Assembly: GCA_002269645.1 (NCBI GenBank)
Contig: NIVC01000293.1
Span: forward strand, 511,307 to 575,306
Reading direction: 5' to 3'
Source of the DNA: Macrostomum lignano
Taxonomy: Eukaryota
DNA length: 64,000 bases
Below, piece by piece: positions 24,801 to 37,171 of the stretch (position 1 is the stretch's first letter; each line of letters begins with the position of its first letter). The notes below the pieces were generated by a model. It was given only the letters and a program-made list of their open reading frames with translations. It had not been told where the DNA came from and made no database searches. Made by a program: the position numbers and the translations under genes.

Positions 24801-26881
24801 TTAGCGCCGAAGGCACTCATTTTAGCGCCGCAGGCACTCATTTTGGCGCCGCAGGCACTCATTTTAGCGCCGCAGGCACTCATTTTAGCGCCGCAGGCAC
24901 TCATTTTAGCGCCGCAGGCACTCATTTTAGCGCCTCAGGCACTCATTTTAGCGCCTCAGGCACTCATTTTAGCGCCGCAGGCACTCATTTTAGCGCCGCA
25001 GGCAGTCATTTTGGCGTTGCAGGCAGTCATTTTAGCGCCGCAGGCACTCATTTTAGCGCCTCAGGCACTCATTTTAGCGCCTCAGGCACTCATTTTAGCG
25101 CCGCAGGCACTCATTTTGGCGCCGCAGGCAGTCATTTTGGCGCCGCAGGAACTCATTTTAGCGCCGAAGGCACTCATTTTAGCGCCGCAGGCACTCATTT
25201 TGGTGCCACAGGCACTCATTTTAGCGCCGCAGGCACTCATTTTAGCGTCGCAGGCACTCATTTTATCGCCTCAGGCACTCGTTTTAGCGTCGCAGGCACT
25301 CATTTTAGCGCCTCAGGCACTCATTCTAGCGCCTCAGGCACTCATTTTAGCGCCTCAGGCACTCATTCTAGCGCCTCAGGCACTCATTTTTGCGCCTCAG
25401 GCACTCATTTTAGCGCCGCAGGCACTCATTTTGGCGCCGCAGGCACTCATTTTAGCGCCGCAGGCACTCATTTTAGCGCCGCAGGCACTCATTTTAGCGC
25501 CGCAGGCACTCATTTTAGCGCCTCACGCACTCATTTTAGCGCCTCAGGCACTCATTTTAGCGCCGCAGGCACTCATTTTAGCGCCGCAGGCAGTCATTTT
25601 GGCGTTGCAGGCACTCATTTTAGCGCCGCAGGCACTCATTTTAGCGCCTCAGGCACTCATTTTAGCGCCTCAGGCACTCATTTTAGCGCCGCAGGCACTC
25701 ATTTTGGCGCCGCAGGCAGTCATTTTGGCGCCGCAGGAACTCATTTTAGCGCCGAAGGCACTCATTTTAGCGCCGCAGGCACTCATTTTGGTGCCACAGG
25801 CACTCATTTTAGCGCCGCAGGCACTCATTTTAGCGTCGCAGGCACTCATTTTATCGCCTCAGGCACTCGTTTTAGCGTCGCAGGCACTCATTTTAGCGCC
25901 TCAGGCACTCATTCTAGCGCCTCAGGCACTCATTTTTGCGCCTCAGGCACTCATTTTAGCGCCGCAGGCACTCATTTTGGCGCCGCAGGCAGTCATTTTA
26001 GCGCCACAGGCACTCATTTTAGCGCCGCAGGCACTCATTTTAGCGCCTCAGGCACTCATTTTAGCGCCGCAGGCACTCATTTTAGCGCCGCAGGCACTCA
26101 TTTTAGCTCCGCAGGCACTCATTTTAGCGCCGCAGGCACTCATTTTAGCGCCGCAGGCACTCATTTTAGCTCCGCAGGCACTCATTTTAGCGCCGCAGGC
26201 ACTCATTTTAGCGCCGCAGGCACTCATTTTAGCTCCGCAGGCACTCATTTTAGCGCCGCAGGCACTCATTTTAGCGCCGCAGGCACTCATTTTAGCTCCG
26301 CAGGCACTCATTTTAGCGCCGCAGGCACTATGTTTTGTCGCCCTGCAGCAAAATTATTGATTTCCATAACGGGTCTCAAGGTGGGGTGGGGAAGAATTGG
26401 CAATGTCCCCCATAGCTTTTACTGAAGGGGACATGTCCCCCCTGTCCCCCCCATACATTTTTTCAGTCATAGTCCTGCTATGTAGTTTTAAACAAGCCAA
26501 ACTTTACCTTTGCACAGACGCCACAGGAAGCCGTAATTCACTGAGCCATCCGAGTTAATCCAGTCAGTTCGAGCTGGCCAACCGGCCGTGGCGAAATGTT
26601 TTAACAAAACCGGTTGATTTGCGTGTAAATATCTGCGGTGAATCAGAAGTTTATATACGAAGTTCTTTAGTCAAAAATGGTTTAAGGGGGTCTAGTTACA
26701 TGTACAAGGAGCAATGGACAGTGATTATTTCTAACTTTCTACCCTTTCAATTGCATAAAAAAGCATCTACAAACCTGCGATAAATCTCTTTCGGATCACA
26801 CTCCTCAGTTAAAACCGTCACGGGCAGTTTCTCTCCGAGTTGTAGTTTCTCAAACCTCGCAACTCGATCGGCAGAATCCAT
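18861..26881 (-). CDS. JMJD4: JmjC-domain 2-oxoglutarate/Fe(II) hydroxylase JMJD4-like, 5 exons, ~411 aa
   Basis: Exons 26881-26775, 26632-26508, 23140-22834, 19965-19578, 19169-18861, all GT-AG with compatible phases. Motifs YLHANQPVLL, LYLKDWHF, DYRFVYLGP..SWTPFHCDVFGSYSWSANIAGRKLW (HxD) and VPSGWHHQVANL match JMJD4. Confidence 0.9.
20305..22524 (+). mobile_element. Solo-LTR-like element (Gypsy-type TG..CA termini) in JMJD4 intron 3
   Basis: Begins TGATGTAACC and ends GGTTACATCA (10-bp inverted termini), with AGTG on both flanks (4-bp TSD). It interrupts a 22-bp minisatellite, carries an internal TATA promoter, and has no recognisable gag/pol ORF. Confidence 0.7.
21155..21247 (+). promoter_or_regulatory. 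Pol II promoter module inside the LTR-like element
   Basis: ATGACTCAT (AP-1) 21155-21163, TGACGTCA (CRE) 21166-21173, AGCCAATCAG (CCAAT) 21184-21193, CCATGGTAAC (RFX half-site) 21204-21213, TATAAAAG 21240-21247. Confidence 0.6.
23218..23405 (-). mobile_element. Second, head-deleted copy of the same SINE (JMJD4 intron 2)
   Basis: Shares gaaggctgc..ctcaattaccccagctaatgctggcacccattttacagctgggtgaactgaagcaatgcagagttaagtgtcct with 52520-52645. Residual head GCATCGGACTCAC. Confidence 0.7.
23531..26327. repeat. 21-bp minisatellite (GGCACTCATTTTAGCGCCGCA)n, ~133 units with higher-order blocks
   Basis: Direct tandem repeat in JMJD4 intron 2; source of the 980-aa and 925-aa ORFs. Confidence 0.95.
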
Positions 26882-27477
26882 CTCATTAAAATATGATTGT
26901 GTTTTGTTATTGAATTTCAACTTCTTGTAGTCGTCTCTGAAATAAGATGTACTTTTAAGCTTCTGAAAGTCATACAGACCGAACGCGTAATCAATTCAAC
27001 TTTTTTCCTAGTTTGAAATAGTTAAGCTACAGAACAGCCGACGATGTGCCTGTGTCCCCATAATGAAGACTTTTAAAAAAGAAACTTTAATGTCAAAACC
27101 TTCTAGCCTAGGAAAAACTAATTGCATACCAATACAGACGTACAAAGGATGTGAGAGTTTAAACTCTTTGAACTTCTCTCAATATTCGCGGTGTCCAGCG
27201 TTAAAAGGTTCTGCAAATACGTATTTCCGTATATATATATACCTGTGTAAGCATTTTTAAGTGAATTTTGCGAATCGGCTTTACTTTTAAGACGATATCC
27301 CTAATAGTATTTAACCTATGCAGGAATGTTCACTGTCGACACTCAAAAACCTAACCAAGGACGTTTCGCTTACACCAGCTCGAAAGTTCACATTTACGAA
27401 ATCGTGAAAATTTGTGAGCTAGCGGAAATGACTGTGTAGCAACACGTTTCGGTGATGTGAAATTTGGAGCTTTTGAC

Positions 27478-28723
27478 ATCTCGAGCTTATGAAGTCTCGA
27501 GCTTATGAAGTCTCGAGTTTGTGAAGTCTCGAGCTTGTGAAGTCTCGAGCTTGTGAAGTCTCGAGCTTGTGAAGTCTCGAGCTTGTGAAGTCTCGAGCTT
27601 GTGAAGTCTCGAGCTTGTGAAGTCTCGAGCTTGTGAAGTCTCGAGTTTGTGAAGTCTCGAGCTTGTGAAGTCTCTAGCTTGTGAAGTCTCGAGCTTGTGA
27701 AGTCTCTAGCTTGTGAAGTCTCGAGCTTCTTGTGAAGTCTCGAGCTTCTTGTGAAGTCTCGAGCTTGTGAAGTCTCGAGCTTGTGAAGTCTCGAGCTTGT
27801 GAAGTCTCGAGTTTGTGAAGTCTCGAGCTTGTGAAGTCTCGAGCTTCTTGTGAAGTCTCGAGCTTGTGAAGTCTCGAGCTTCTTGTGAAGTCTCGAGCTT
27901 CTTGTGAAGTCTCGAGCTTGTGAAGTCTCGAGCTTGTGAAGTCTCGAGCTTGTGAAGTCTCGAGCTTCTTGTGAAGTCTCGAGCTTGTGAAGTCTCGAGC
28001 TTCTTGTGAAGTCTCGAGCTTCTTGTGAAGTCTCGAGCTTGTGAAGTCTCGAGCTTGTGAAGTCTCGAGCTTCTTGTGAAGTCTCGAGCTTCTTGTGAAG
28101 TCTCGAGCTTGTGAAGTCTCGAGCTTGTGAAGTCTCGAGCTTGTGAAGTCTCGAGTTTGTGAAGTCTCGAGCTTGTGAAGTCTCGAGCTTGTGAAGTCTC
28201 GAGCTTCTTGTGAAGTCTCGAGCTTCTTGTGAAGTCTCGAGCTTCTTGTGAAGTCTCGAGCTTCTTGTGAAGTCTCGAGCTTCTTGTGAAGACTCGAGCT
28301 TGTGAAGTCTCGAGCTTGTGAAGTCTCGAGCTTGTGAAGTCTCGAGCTTGTGAAGTCTCGAGCTTGTGAAGTCTCGAGCTTCTTGTGAAGTCTCGAGCTT
28401 GTGAAGTCTCGAGCTTGTGAAGTCTCGAGCTTGTGAAGTCTCGAGCTTGTGAAGTCTCGAGCTTGTGAAGTCTCGAGCTTGTGAAGTCTCGAGCTTGTGA
28501 AGTCTCGAGCTTGTGAAGTCTCGAGCTTGTGAAGTCTCGAGCTTGTGAAGTCTCGAGCTTGTGAAGTCTCGAGCTTGTGAAGTCTCGAGCTTGTGAAGTC
28601 TCGAGCTTGTGAAGTCTCGAGCTTGTGAAGTCTCGAGCTTGTGAAGTCTCGAGCTTGTGAAGTCTCGAGCTTGTGAAGTCTCTAGCTTGTGAAGTCTCGA
28701 GCTTCTTGTGAAGTCTCGAGCTT
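27478..28723. repeat. 16/19-bp minisatellite (GCTTGTGAAGTCTCGA)n
   Basis: Direct tandem repeat with a CTCGAG in nearly every unit; lies between NUDT8 and JMJD4. Confidence 0.95.
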
Positions 28724-29213
28724 ACAATATGAAACGCCCGCTATTCAAGGATCACTAACAAGTCTCATAATCCCAGCCAGAACACCAGATACTAAGACCG
28801 TACACCCTGCATCATATCCTGATCAACCTCTTTCTTTAAGATATGCTCGCAGATTAAATTTTAGTAAAACACTTTCAGAAAACCAAAAAGTGATTGCTTT
28901 ACCTAATGGCTGTTCTGGTTATTAAAAACAGTTAAACAGTTATTGTTTATTTGATATTGAATCGAAAATATATTCGGAACAAACAGACAATCGAAATAAG
29001 TATGCAAATAAAATATAATTAAAAGAGCTAACTGTGTACCAGATAAGAGACAATCAAGGAACTGAAAAAGCGCAATACAAGTTAAAACAAAAAAATCTAC
29101 ATTTCATGGCGCACAAAATGATACATCAAAATAGAAAAAAAACTCTATTGAATAAAATAGTGCTAAAATAGGGCTATAGTACTTATAGTAAAGCAGCAAA
29201 GTTAAAAGGATGT

Positions 29214-32200
29214 CTAAGAGCCAACCAATGGTTTCGACTTTTTCAAAACAGCTTCACCTTCAATCTGCATTCGGTTGAGCCGCTGAGGGAATTCCGGCCC
29301 CAGCAATAATCGCAGGGCAACAAAAGTGAACACAGCGGTCAGACCCCAGATCCTGGGCAGCTGATCCCTGAGAACAGGCACTGCGTACCGACCATAACCT
29401 GGCCTGTCAAATACTGTGTAGCCCCAGGCACCCGACTTGTCCAACAGGTGTTCCAGCGATCGAAACAGAACAAGCGACACCTCATCGGGATTTGCTCTCA
29501 GCTCACTTAGGCTGGCCAATTCACCGCAGTATCCGATCACAGGTGTGACTGCGAATTTGGCAGATGTCTGAAATTGCACAGGGCTAGATTAGATTAGATT
29601 AGATTGGATCAGATTAGATAAGATTAGATAAGATCAGAATAGATCAGATTAGATCAGATTAGATTAAATCAGAGTAGATTAGATTAGATTGGATTAGATT
29701 GGATCAGATTAGATAAGATTAGATAAGATCAGAATAGATCAGATTAGATCAGATCAGATTAGATTAAATCAGAGTAGATTAGATTAGATTAGATTAGATC
29801 ATATTATATAAGATTAGATCAGAGTAGATTCGATTCGATTAGATCCGATTAGCTCAGATCAGAGTAGATTCGATTCGATTAGATCAGATTAGCTCAGATC
29901 AGATTAGATTAGATCAGATTAGATTAGATAAGATTAGATCAGAGTAGATTTGATTAGATTAGATAAGAGTAGATTAGATTAGATTAGATTAGATTAAACC
30001 AGAGTAGATTAAATTAGATTAGATCATATTATATAAGATTAGATCAGAGTAGATTCGATTCGATTAGATCAGATTAGCTCAGAGTAGATTAGATTAGATC
30101 AGAGTAGATTAGATTAGATCAGAGTAGATTAGATTAGATCAGAGTAGATTCGATTCGATTAGATCAGATTAGCTCAGAGTAGATTAGATTAGATCAGAGT
30201 AGATTAGATTAGATCAGAGTAGATTAGATTAGATCAGAGTAGATTCGATTCGATTAGATCAGATTAGCTCAGAGTAGATTAGATTAGATCAGAGTAGATT
30301 AGATTAGATCAGAGTAGATTCGATTCGATTAGATCAGATTAGATCAGAGTAGATTCGATTAGATCAGAGTAGATTAGATTAGATCAGAGTAGATTAGATT
30401 AGATCAGAGTAGATTAGATTAGATCAGAGTAGATTCGATTAGATCAGAGTAGATTAGATTAGATCAGAGTAGATTAGATTAGATCAGAGTAGATTAGATT
30501 AGATCAGAGTAGATTCGATTAGTTCAGAGTAGATTAGATTAGATCAGAGTAGATTCGATTCGATTAGATCAGATTAGCTCAGAGTAGATTAGATTAGATC
30601 AGAGTAGATTAGATTAGATCAGAGTAGATTAGATTAGATCAGAGTAGATTAGATTAGATCAGAGTAGATTCGATTAGTTCAGAGTAGATTAGATTAGATC
30701 AGAGTAGATTTGATTCGATTAGATCAGATTAGCTCAGAGTAGATTAGATTAGATCAGAGTAGATTAGATTAGATCAGAGTAGATTAGATTAGATCAGAGT
30801 AGATTAGATTAGATCAGAGTAGATTCGATTAGCTCAGAGTAGATTAGATTAGATCAGAGTAGATTAGATTAGATCAGAGTAGATTAGATTAGATCAGAGT
30901 AGATTAGATTAGATCAGAGTAGATTCGATTAGTTCAGAGTAGATTAGATTAGATCAGAGTAGATTCGATTCGATTAGATCAGATTAGCTCAGAGTAGATT
31001 AGATTAGATCAGAGTAGATTAGATTAGATCAGAGTAGATTAGATTAGATCAGAGTAGATTCGATTCGATTAGATCAGATTAGCTCAGAGTAGATTAGATT
31101 AGATCAGAGTAGATTAGATTAGATCAGAGTAGATTAGATTAGATCAGAGTAGATTCGATTCGATTAGAGTAGATTAGATTAGATCAGAGTAGATTCGATT
31201 CGATTAGATCAGATTAGCTCAGAGTAGATTAGATTAGATCAGAGTAGATTAGATTAGATCAGAGTAGATTCGATTCGATTAGAGTAGATTAGATTAGATC
31301 AGAGTAGATTCGATTCGATTAGATCAGATTAGCTCAGAGTAGATTAGATTAGATCAGAGTAGATTAGATTAGATCAGAGTAGATTAGATTAGATCAGAGT
31401 AGATTAGATTAAATCAGAGTAGATTAGATTAGATCAGAGTAGATTAGATTAGATCAGAGTAGATTAGATTAGATCAGAGTAGATTAGATTAGATCAGAGT
31501 AGATTCGATTCGATTAGATCAGATTAGCTCAGAGTAGATTAGATTAGATCAGAGTAGATTAGATTAGATCAGAGTAGATTAGATTAGATCAGAGTAGATT
31601 CGATTCGATTAGAGTAGATTAGATTAGATCAGAGTAGATTCGATTCGATTAGATCAGATTAGCTCAGAGTAGATTAGATTAGATCAGAGTAGATTAGATT
31701 AGATCAGAGTAGATTAGATTAGATCAGAGTAGATTCGATTCGATTAGAGTAGATTAGATTAGATCAGAGTAGATTCGATTCGATTAGATCAGATTAGCTC
31801 AGAGTAGATTAGATTAGATCAGAGTAGATTAGATTAGATCAGAGTAGATTAGATTAGATCAGAGTAGATTCGATTCGATTAGATCAGATTAGCTCAGAGT
31901 AGATTAGATTAGATCAGAGTAGATTAGATTAGATCAGAGTAGATTCGATTCGATTAGATCAGATTAGATCAGAGTAGATTCGATTAGATCAGAGTAGATT
32001 AGATTAGATCAGAGTAGATTCGATTAGATCAGAGTAGATTAGATTAGATCAGATTAGAGTAGATTAGATTACATTCGATTAGAATTTCTTTTTTACAAAC
32101 ATATTGAATAGGAACTTCACTGTTAAAACATTTTATGTTTTAATGAAACTAAGAATAATGACTATTCAAGGCTTTATACAAGCACACTATGAACTTTTAT

Positions 32201-33312
32201 TTAATTTACCCTTTCTTAGCTGACAGATAAAAGATTGCTAGTTCAATCAATAATCTACACTAATAATAGTAAGTATATCCCCAGGCAGCAACTATCAACA
32301 GTCAAGCAATATTGTACAAATCAACAGTTTCTCACAGTATGCGACCGATGGGCGCCCCAAACGTCGACCCGACCAGCCGACAAGCCAATCTCCTCTTCGG
32401 CCTCCCTCAGAGCTGTCGCAGCCGCCCAGCTCAACTCAAGGTCGAAGTCGCAGTCCCTTCCGGTGGAGTTTAATTCGCGCACACCGCCAGGGAAGCTGAC
32501 CTACAATGCAGTGTAGCGCAATTTGATTTATAGGTCTGCGGCCCAGCGGTATCGCGTCTGTCTTCGGTTCAGGAGGACCCGGGTTCGATCCCTGGTCCAA
32601 CTTGCAATAATTTTAGGAAAAATATTTTTTTAATAAAAAAACTCGTATTATTACTACTAGTAGAGTATTAAAAATATTTTCTTGTTAATTATTTATCATA
32701 TTATTTTATATATTTTTTATTATGAGTAGAGTATTCAATAAATTTTCATTCTTACTTTTTTGGTGCATGTAATATTTCGCCATTTCTACTGTTTAGTAGA
32801 GTGTCGAGGAAAGGCTATGTGTAGAAATATCGATATTTATTTAATTTTAACATGTACACAATGATTTAATCAGACTTTGCTACTTAGAAACAATCCAAAT
32901 TAAAAATGGGTGCCAGAATTAGCTGTGGCAATTGAATGTGTATGTAGCGACCCCCATCTGACCCATTAGGGCCGGTGTAATCAATTATTATTATTATTAT
33001 TAATATGCCAATCAATTTTGCCAGCTAGCTGCCTACCTGCCCACTGTGGCTCCTGAGCTGGCCGGAACGCACGGTGTACAGGAGCCCGGGTCCGACGTCC
33101 TTCAGCACGCAGAACGGCACCAACACGCTGGCCTGTCGATGATCTGCGGAAGCTGGGACGGACACTGGATGAGGCAGCCGCTGAGCCTGCTTCTGCAGAG
33201 CTTCAATGCAGCGTAGGCGGTTGGCACCTTCGAACAGGTGGCAGCGATGCATGCGGCTGAAGGGCGGGGGAGTGTCTTGAGAGACCTCTGTGGCATCTGG
33301 CCTAAGGGACAT
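29214..33312 (-). CDS. NUDT8: Nudix CoA diphosphatase, NUDT8-like, 3 exons, ~264 aa
   Basis: Exons 33312-33037, 32500-32336, 29567-29214, all phase 0. CoA-Nudix motif LLYTVRSGQLRSHSGQVSFPGG, Nudix helix TALREAEEEIGL, NPDEVSLVL and RIWGLTA. Confidence 0.88.
29585..32080. repeat. Pentamer-based satellite (AGATT/AGATC/AGAGT/CGATT) with 20-bp higher-order unit
   Basis: Fills NUDT8 intron 2. Confidence 0.95.
32533..33003 (+). mobile_element. Degenerate SINE: tRNA-Arg(TCG)-like head (32533-32604), AT-rich filler, CORE-like remnant and (TTA)n tail
   Basis: GCGTCTGTCTTCGGTTCAGG resembles the Arg-TCG anticodon arm, and the T-arm is CCGGG-TTCGATC-CCTGG. The acceptor stem does not pair, so it is not a functional tRNA. 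AAAATGGGTGCCAG at ~32903. The tail segment resembles 39230-39285 on the minus strand. Confidence 0.55.
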
Positions 33313-33359
33313 GCCAATTACGCTTTGTATGCAACTAAGGCTTGAGACTTGGGATTCAA

Positions 33360-33750
33360 AGTGTGATTCTTAGAAAAGCAGTGTGATTCTTAGGATATTC
33401 AGTGTCATTCTTAGAAAGTCAGAGTTTGATTCTTAAAAAACCAGGGTGTGATTCTTAGAATTATGCAGTGTGATTCTTAGAATATGCAGTGTGATTCTTA
33501 GAAAACCAGGGTGTGATTCTTAGAATTTGCAGTGTGATTCTTAGAATTATGCAGTGTGATTCTTAGAATATGCAGTGTGATTCTTAGAATATGCAGTGAT
33601 TCTTAGAATAGGCAGTGTGATTCTTAGAATATGCAGTGTGATTCTTAGAATAGGCAGTGTGATTCTTAGAATATGCAGTGATTCTTAGAATAGGCAGTGT
33701 GATTCTTAGAATATGCAGTGTGATTCTTAGAATATGCAGTGTGATTCTTA
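33360..33750. repeat. ~21-bp minisatellite (GTGTGATTCTTAGAATATGCA)n
   Basis: Direct tandem repeat between RPE and NUDT8. Confidence 0.9.
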
Positions 33751-34223
33751 TTATCTTTAATAACTCTCAGACTATTTGAATAGATTTCTTATAAAACTTC
33801 TAAAAGCGTGATTCTTAGAATACACTTGGCTTCGTGAAAAATGATTAAGATTTAAAAATGATAAATTGGTATTCTTCAAGTAAAAGCATTTTTAATTTCA
33901 AAATAGATCTTATTAGTACTACTTTATTACTATAAATTAAAATTCTTAGAATAAAACTCTTCAAGATATTAAAACAATAAACGTACAACTGGATTAGGAC
34001 TTTAAAAAGCTTAATTGTTTAAAGTTTAATTTCAACACATTATAAAAAGAAACAACAAATTTATATATTTGAAATTTTATCAAATAATTTCACGTAAGTT
34101 TCATTTCTAATAATTCATAAAGCCTAAAATGCACTACAAAAATGGTTGGAAATCGCATTGCACTACAAATACCATACGAGCCTACAACCAAGTTAATAAA
34201 TTATAATAAGTAATTTTCTATTT

Positions 34224-36776
34224 TCAAGATTTATAAACCGATTTCAGTCGAGCAACCACAGCGGCAGGGTCTGGGCTCTTGATCAGGGCGGTGCCGGACA
34301 CCAGAACGTTGGCACCGGCTGATGCGCACTGGGCAACATTGTCTGGCGTTACGCCACCATCAACTTCGATATCTAACGTGGCGTATCGATCGCGGAGCGA
34401 CTTCACTTTGGGCATCATGTCAGACATGAACGATTGACCCCCGAAGCCTGGGTGCACCGTCATTACTAGGATCTGCGAGGTATATAGGATTTGGGATCGG
34501 AATGGTTAGGGTAGGAATCTAGATATTGAGATTGCGATCATTGATTTTGATTTTGAGATTATTGATTTGGAGATTGGGATTATTGATTCTGAGATCAGGA
34601 TTATTGATTTTGAGATTGGGATTATTGATTTTGAGATTATTGATTTGGAGATTGGGATTATTGATTTTGAGATTATTGATTTGGAGATTGGGATTATTGG
34701 TTTAGAAATAGGGATTGATTCAGGGAGTAATAGGGAGTATTGATTTTGAAACTGGGATTTTTTATTTTGAGATTGAGATTGTTAATTCTGAGATCAGGAT
34801 TATTGATTTTGAAACTGGGATTTTTTATTTTGAGATTGAGATTGTTAATTCTGAGATCAGGATTATTGATTTTGAAACTGGGATTTTTTATTTTGAGATT
34901 GAGATTATTGATTTTGAGATTGGGATTTTTTATTTTGAGATTGAGATTGTTGATTCTGAGATCAGGATTATTGATTTTGAGATTGGGATTATTGATTTTG
35001 AGATTGAGATTGTTGATTCTGAGATCAGGATTATTGATTTTGAGATTGGGATTATTGATTTTGAGATTGAGATTATTGATTCTGAGATCAGGATTATTGA
35101 TTTTGAGATTGGGATTATTGATTCTGAGATTGAGATTGTTGATTCTGAGATCAGGATTATTGATTTTGAGATTGGGATTATTGATTTTGAGATTGAGATT
35201 GTTGATTCTGAGATCAGGATTATTGATTTTGAAACTGGGATTTTTTATTTTGAGATTGAGATTGTTGATTCTGAGATCAGGATTATTGATTTTGAGATTG
35301 GGATTATTGATTCTGAGATTGAGATTATTGATTCTGAGATTGAGATTGTTGATTCTGAGATCAGGATTATTGATTTTGAGATTGGGATTATTGATTTTGA
35401 GATTGAGATTGTTGATTCTGAGATCAGGATTATTGATTTTGAGATTGGGATTATTGATTTTGAGATTGAGATTATTGATTCTGAGATCAGGATTATTGAT
35501 TTTGAGATTGGGATTATTGATTCTGAGATTGAGATTATTGATTCTGAGATCAGGATGATTGATTTTGAGATTGGGATTATTGATTCTGAGATTGGGATTA
35601 TTGATTCTGAGATCAGGATTATTGATTTTGAGATTGGGATTATTGATTTAGAAATAGGGATTGATTCAGGGAGTAATAGGGAGTATTGATTTTGAATCTT
35701 GGATTTTTTATTTTGAGATTGAGATTATTGATTCTGAGATCAGGATTATTGATTCTGAGATCAGGATTATTGATTCTGAGATTGAGATTATTGATTCTGA
35801 GATCAGGATTATTGATTTTGAGATTCGGATTATTGATTTTGAGATTCGGATTATTGATTTTGAGATTGGGATTATTGATTCTGAGATTGGGATTATTGAT
35901 TCTGAGATCAGGATTATTGATTTTGAGATTCGGATTATTGATTTTGAGATTCGGATTATTGATTTTGAGATTGGGATTATTGATTCTGAGATTGGGATTA
36001 TTGATTCTGAGATTGGGATTATTGATTCTGAGATTGGGATTATTGATTCTGAGATACGAATTCTTGATTTTAAGATTGGGATTTCTTATTTTAGGATTGG
36101 GATTCTTGATTTTATGATCATACATTTCATGACATCTTGAAAAGGGGCCTAAATGACATTGATATCAGGAATAAAAACTACAGCCCTAGTGATTAATAGA
36201 ATGAATTATTTATTAAATTTTCAATAACCTGGTCAACAGACTCCACAAAGGGAAACACCAAATGCACAGGCGTGTCCGGGCTGATCCCAAGTCCCACTCG
36301 CATCCCATTCTCTCGGATATGCCGAATGCACTCGCTGCAAGCTTCGGTGTCAACATTCCCAATGGCTGGCGAAGAAGAGTCGCTGCCGCCACCTGTGGAG
36401 CCGATTTGACAGAATGGCTCCAGGTGGAATGTGTACTGATTGGCCCCCGCACTGGCCATGGGCTGCACCCACTGGCGCGGCTTAGAGACCATCATGTGCA
36501 CCTGGGAGTCAGGGTGAGAATGATGGGTGAGAAGGACATTCCTGGCTACGCGCAAAACTATTGAACTGAAATTACTGCCTAATTGTCTCTCTGTCTGTCT
36601 GCCTGCCTGTCTGTCTGTCTGCCTGCCTGCCTGTTTTTCCGTCTGCCTGCCTGTTTTTCCGTCTGTCTGTCTGTCTGTCTGTCTATCTGTTAGTCTGCCT
36701 GTCTGTCTGCCCGTCTGCCTGTCTGCCTGCCTGTCTGTCTGTCTGCCTGTTTTTTGTCTGTCTGCCTGCCTGTTTT

Positions 36777-36807
<31 letters not shown>

Positions 36808-37140
36808 GTTAGTCTGCCTGTCTGTCTGCCCGTCTGCCTGTCTGTCTGTCTGTCTGTCTGCCTGCCTGTCTGTCTGTCTGCCTGTTTTTTTGTCTGTCTG
36901 CCTGCCTGTTTTTCTGTCTGTCTGTCTGTCTGTCTATCTGTTAGTCTGCCTGTCTGTCTGCCCGTCTGCCTGTCTGTCTGTCTGTCTGTCTGCCTGCCTG
37001 TCTGTCTGTCTGCCTGTTTTTTTGTCTGTCTGCCTGCCTGTTTTTCTGTCTGTCTGTCTGTCTGTCTATCTGTTAGTCTGCCTGTCTGTCTGCCCGTCTG
37101 CCTGTCTGTCTGTCTGTCTGTCTGTCTGCCTGCCGTTTTT

Positions 37141-37171
<31 letters not shown>

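Noticed and set aside
23483-26425. 980-aa GTHFSAA and 925-aa APQALIL ORFs as real proteins
   Set aside because: A 21-nt satellite inside a JMJD4 intron; the open frames follow from the unit sequence. Kept only as a speculative transcript lead.
32533-32604. Functional tRNA-Arg(TCG)
   Set aside because: The acceptor stem does not pair and the anticodon stem is mismatched; treated as a SINE head or pseudogene.
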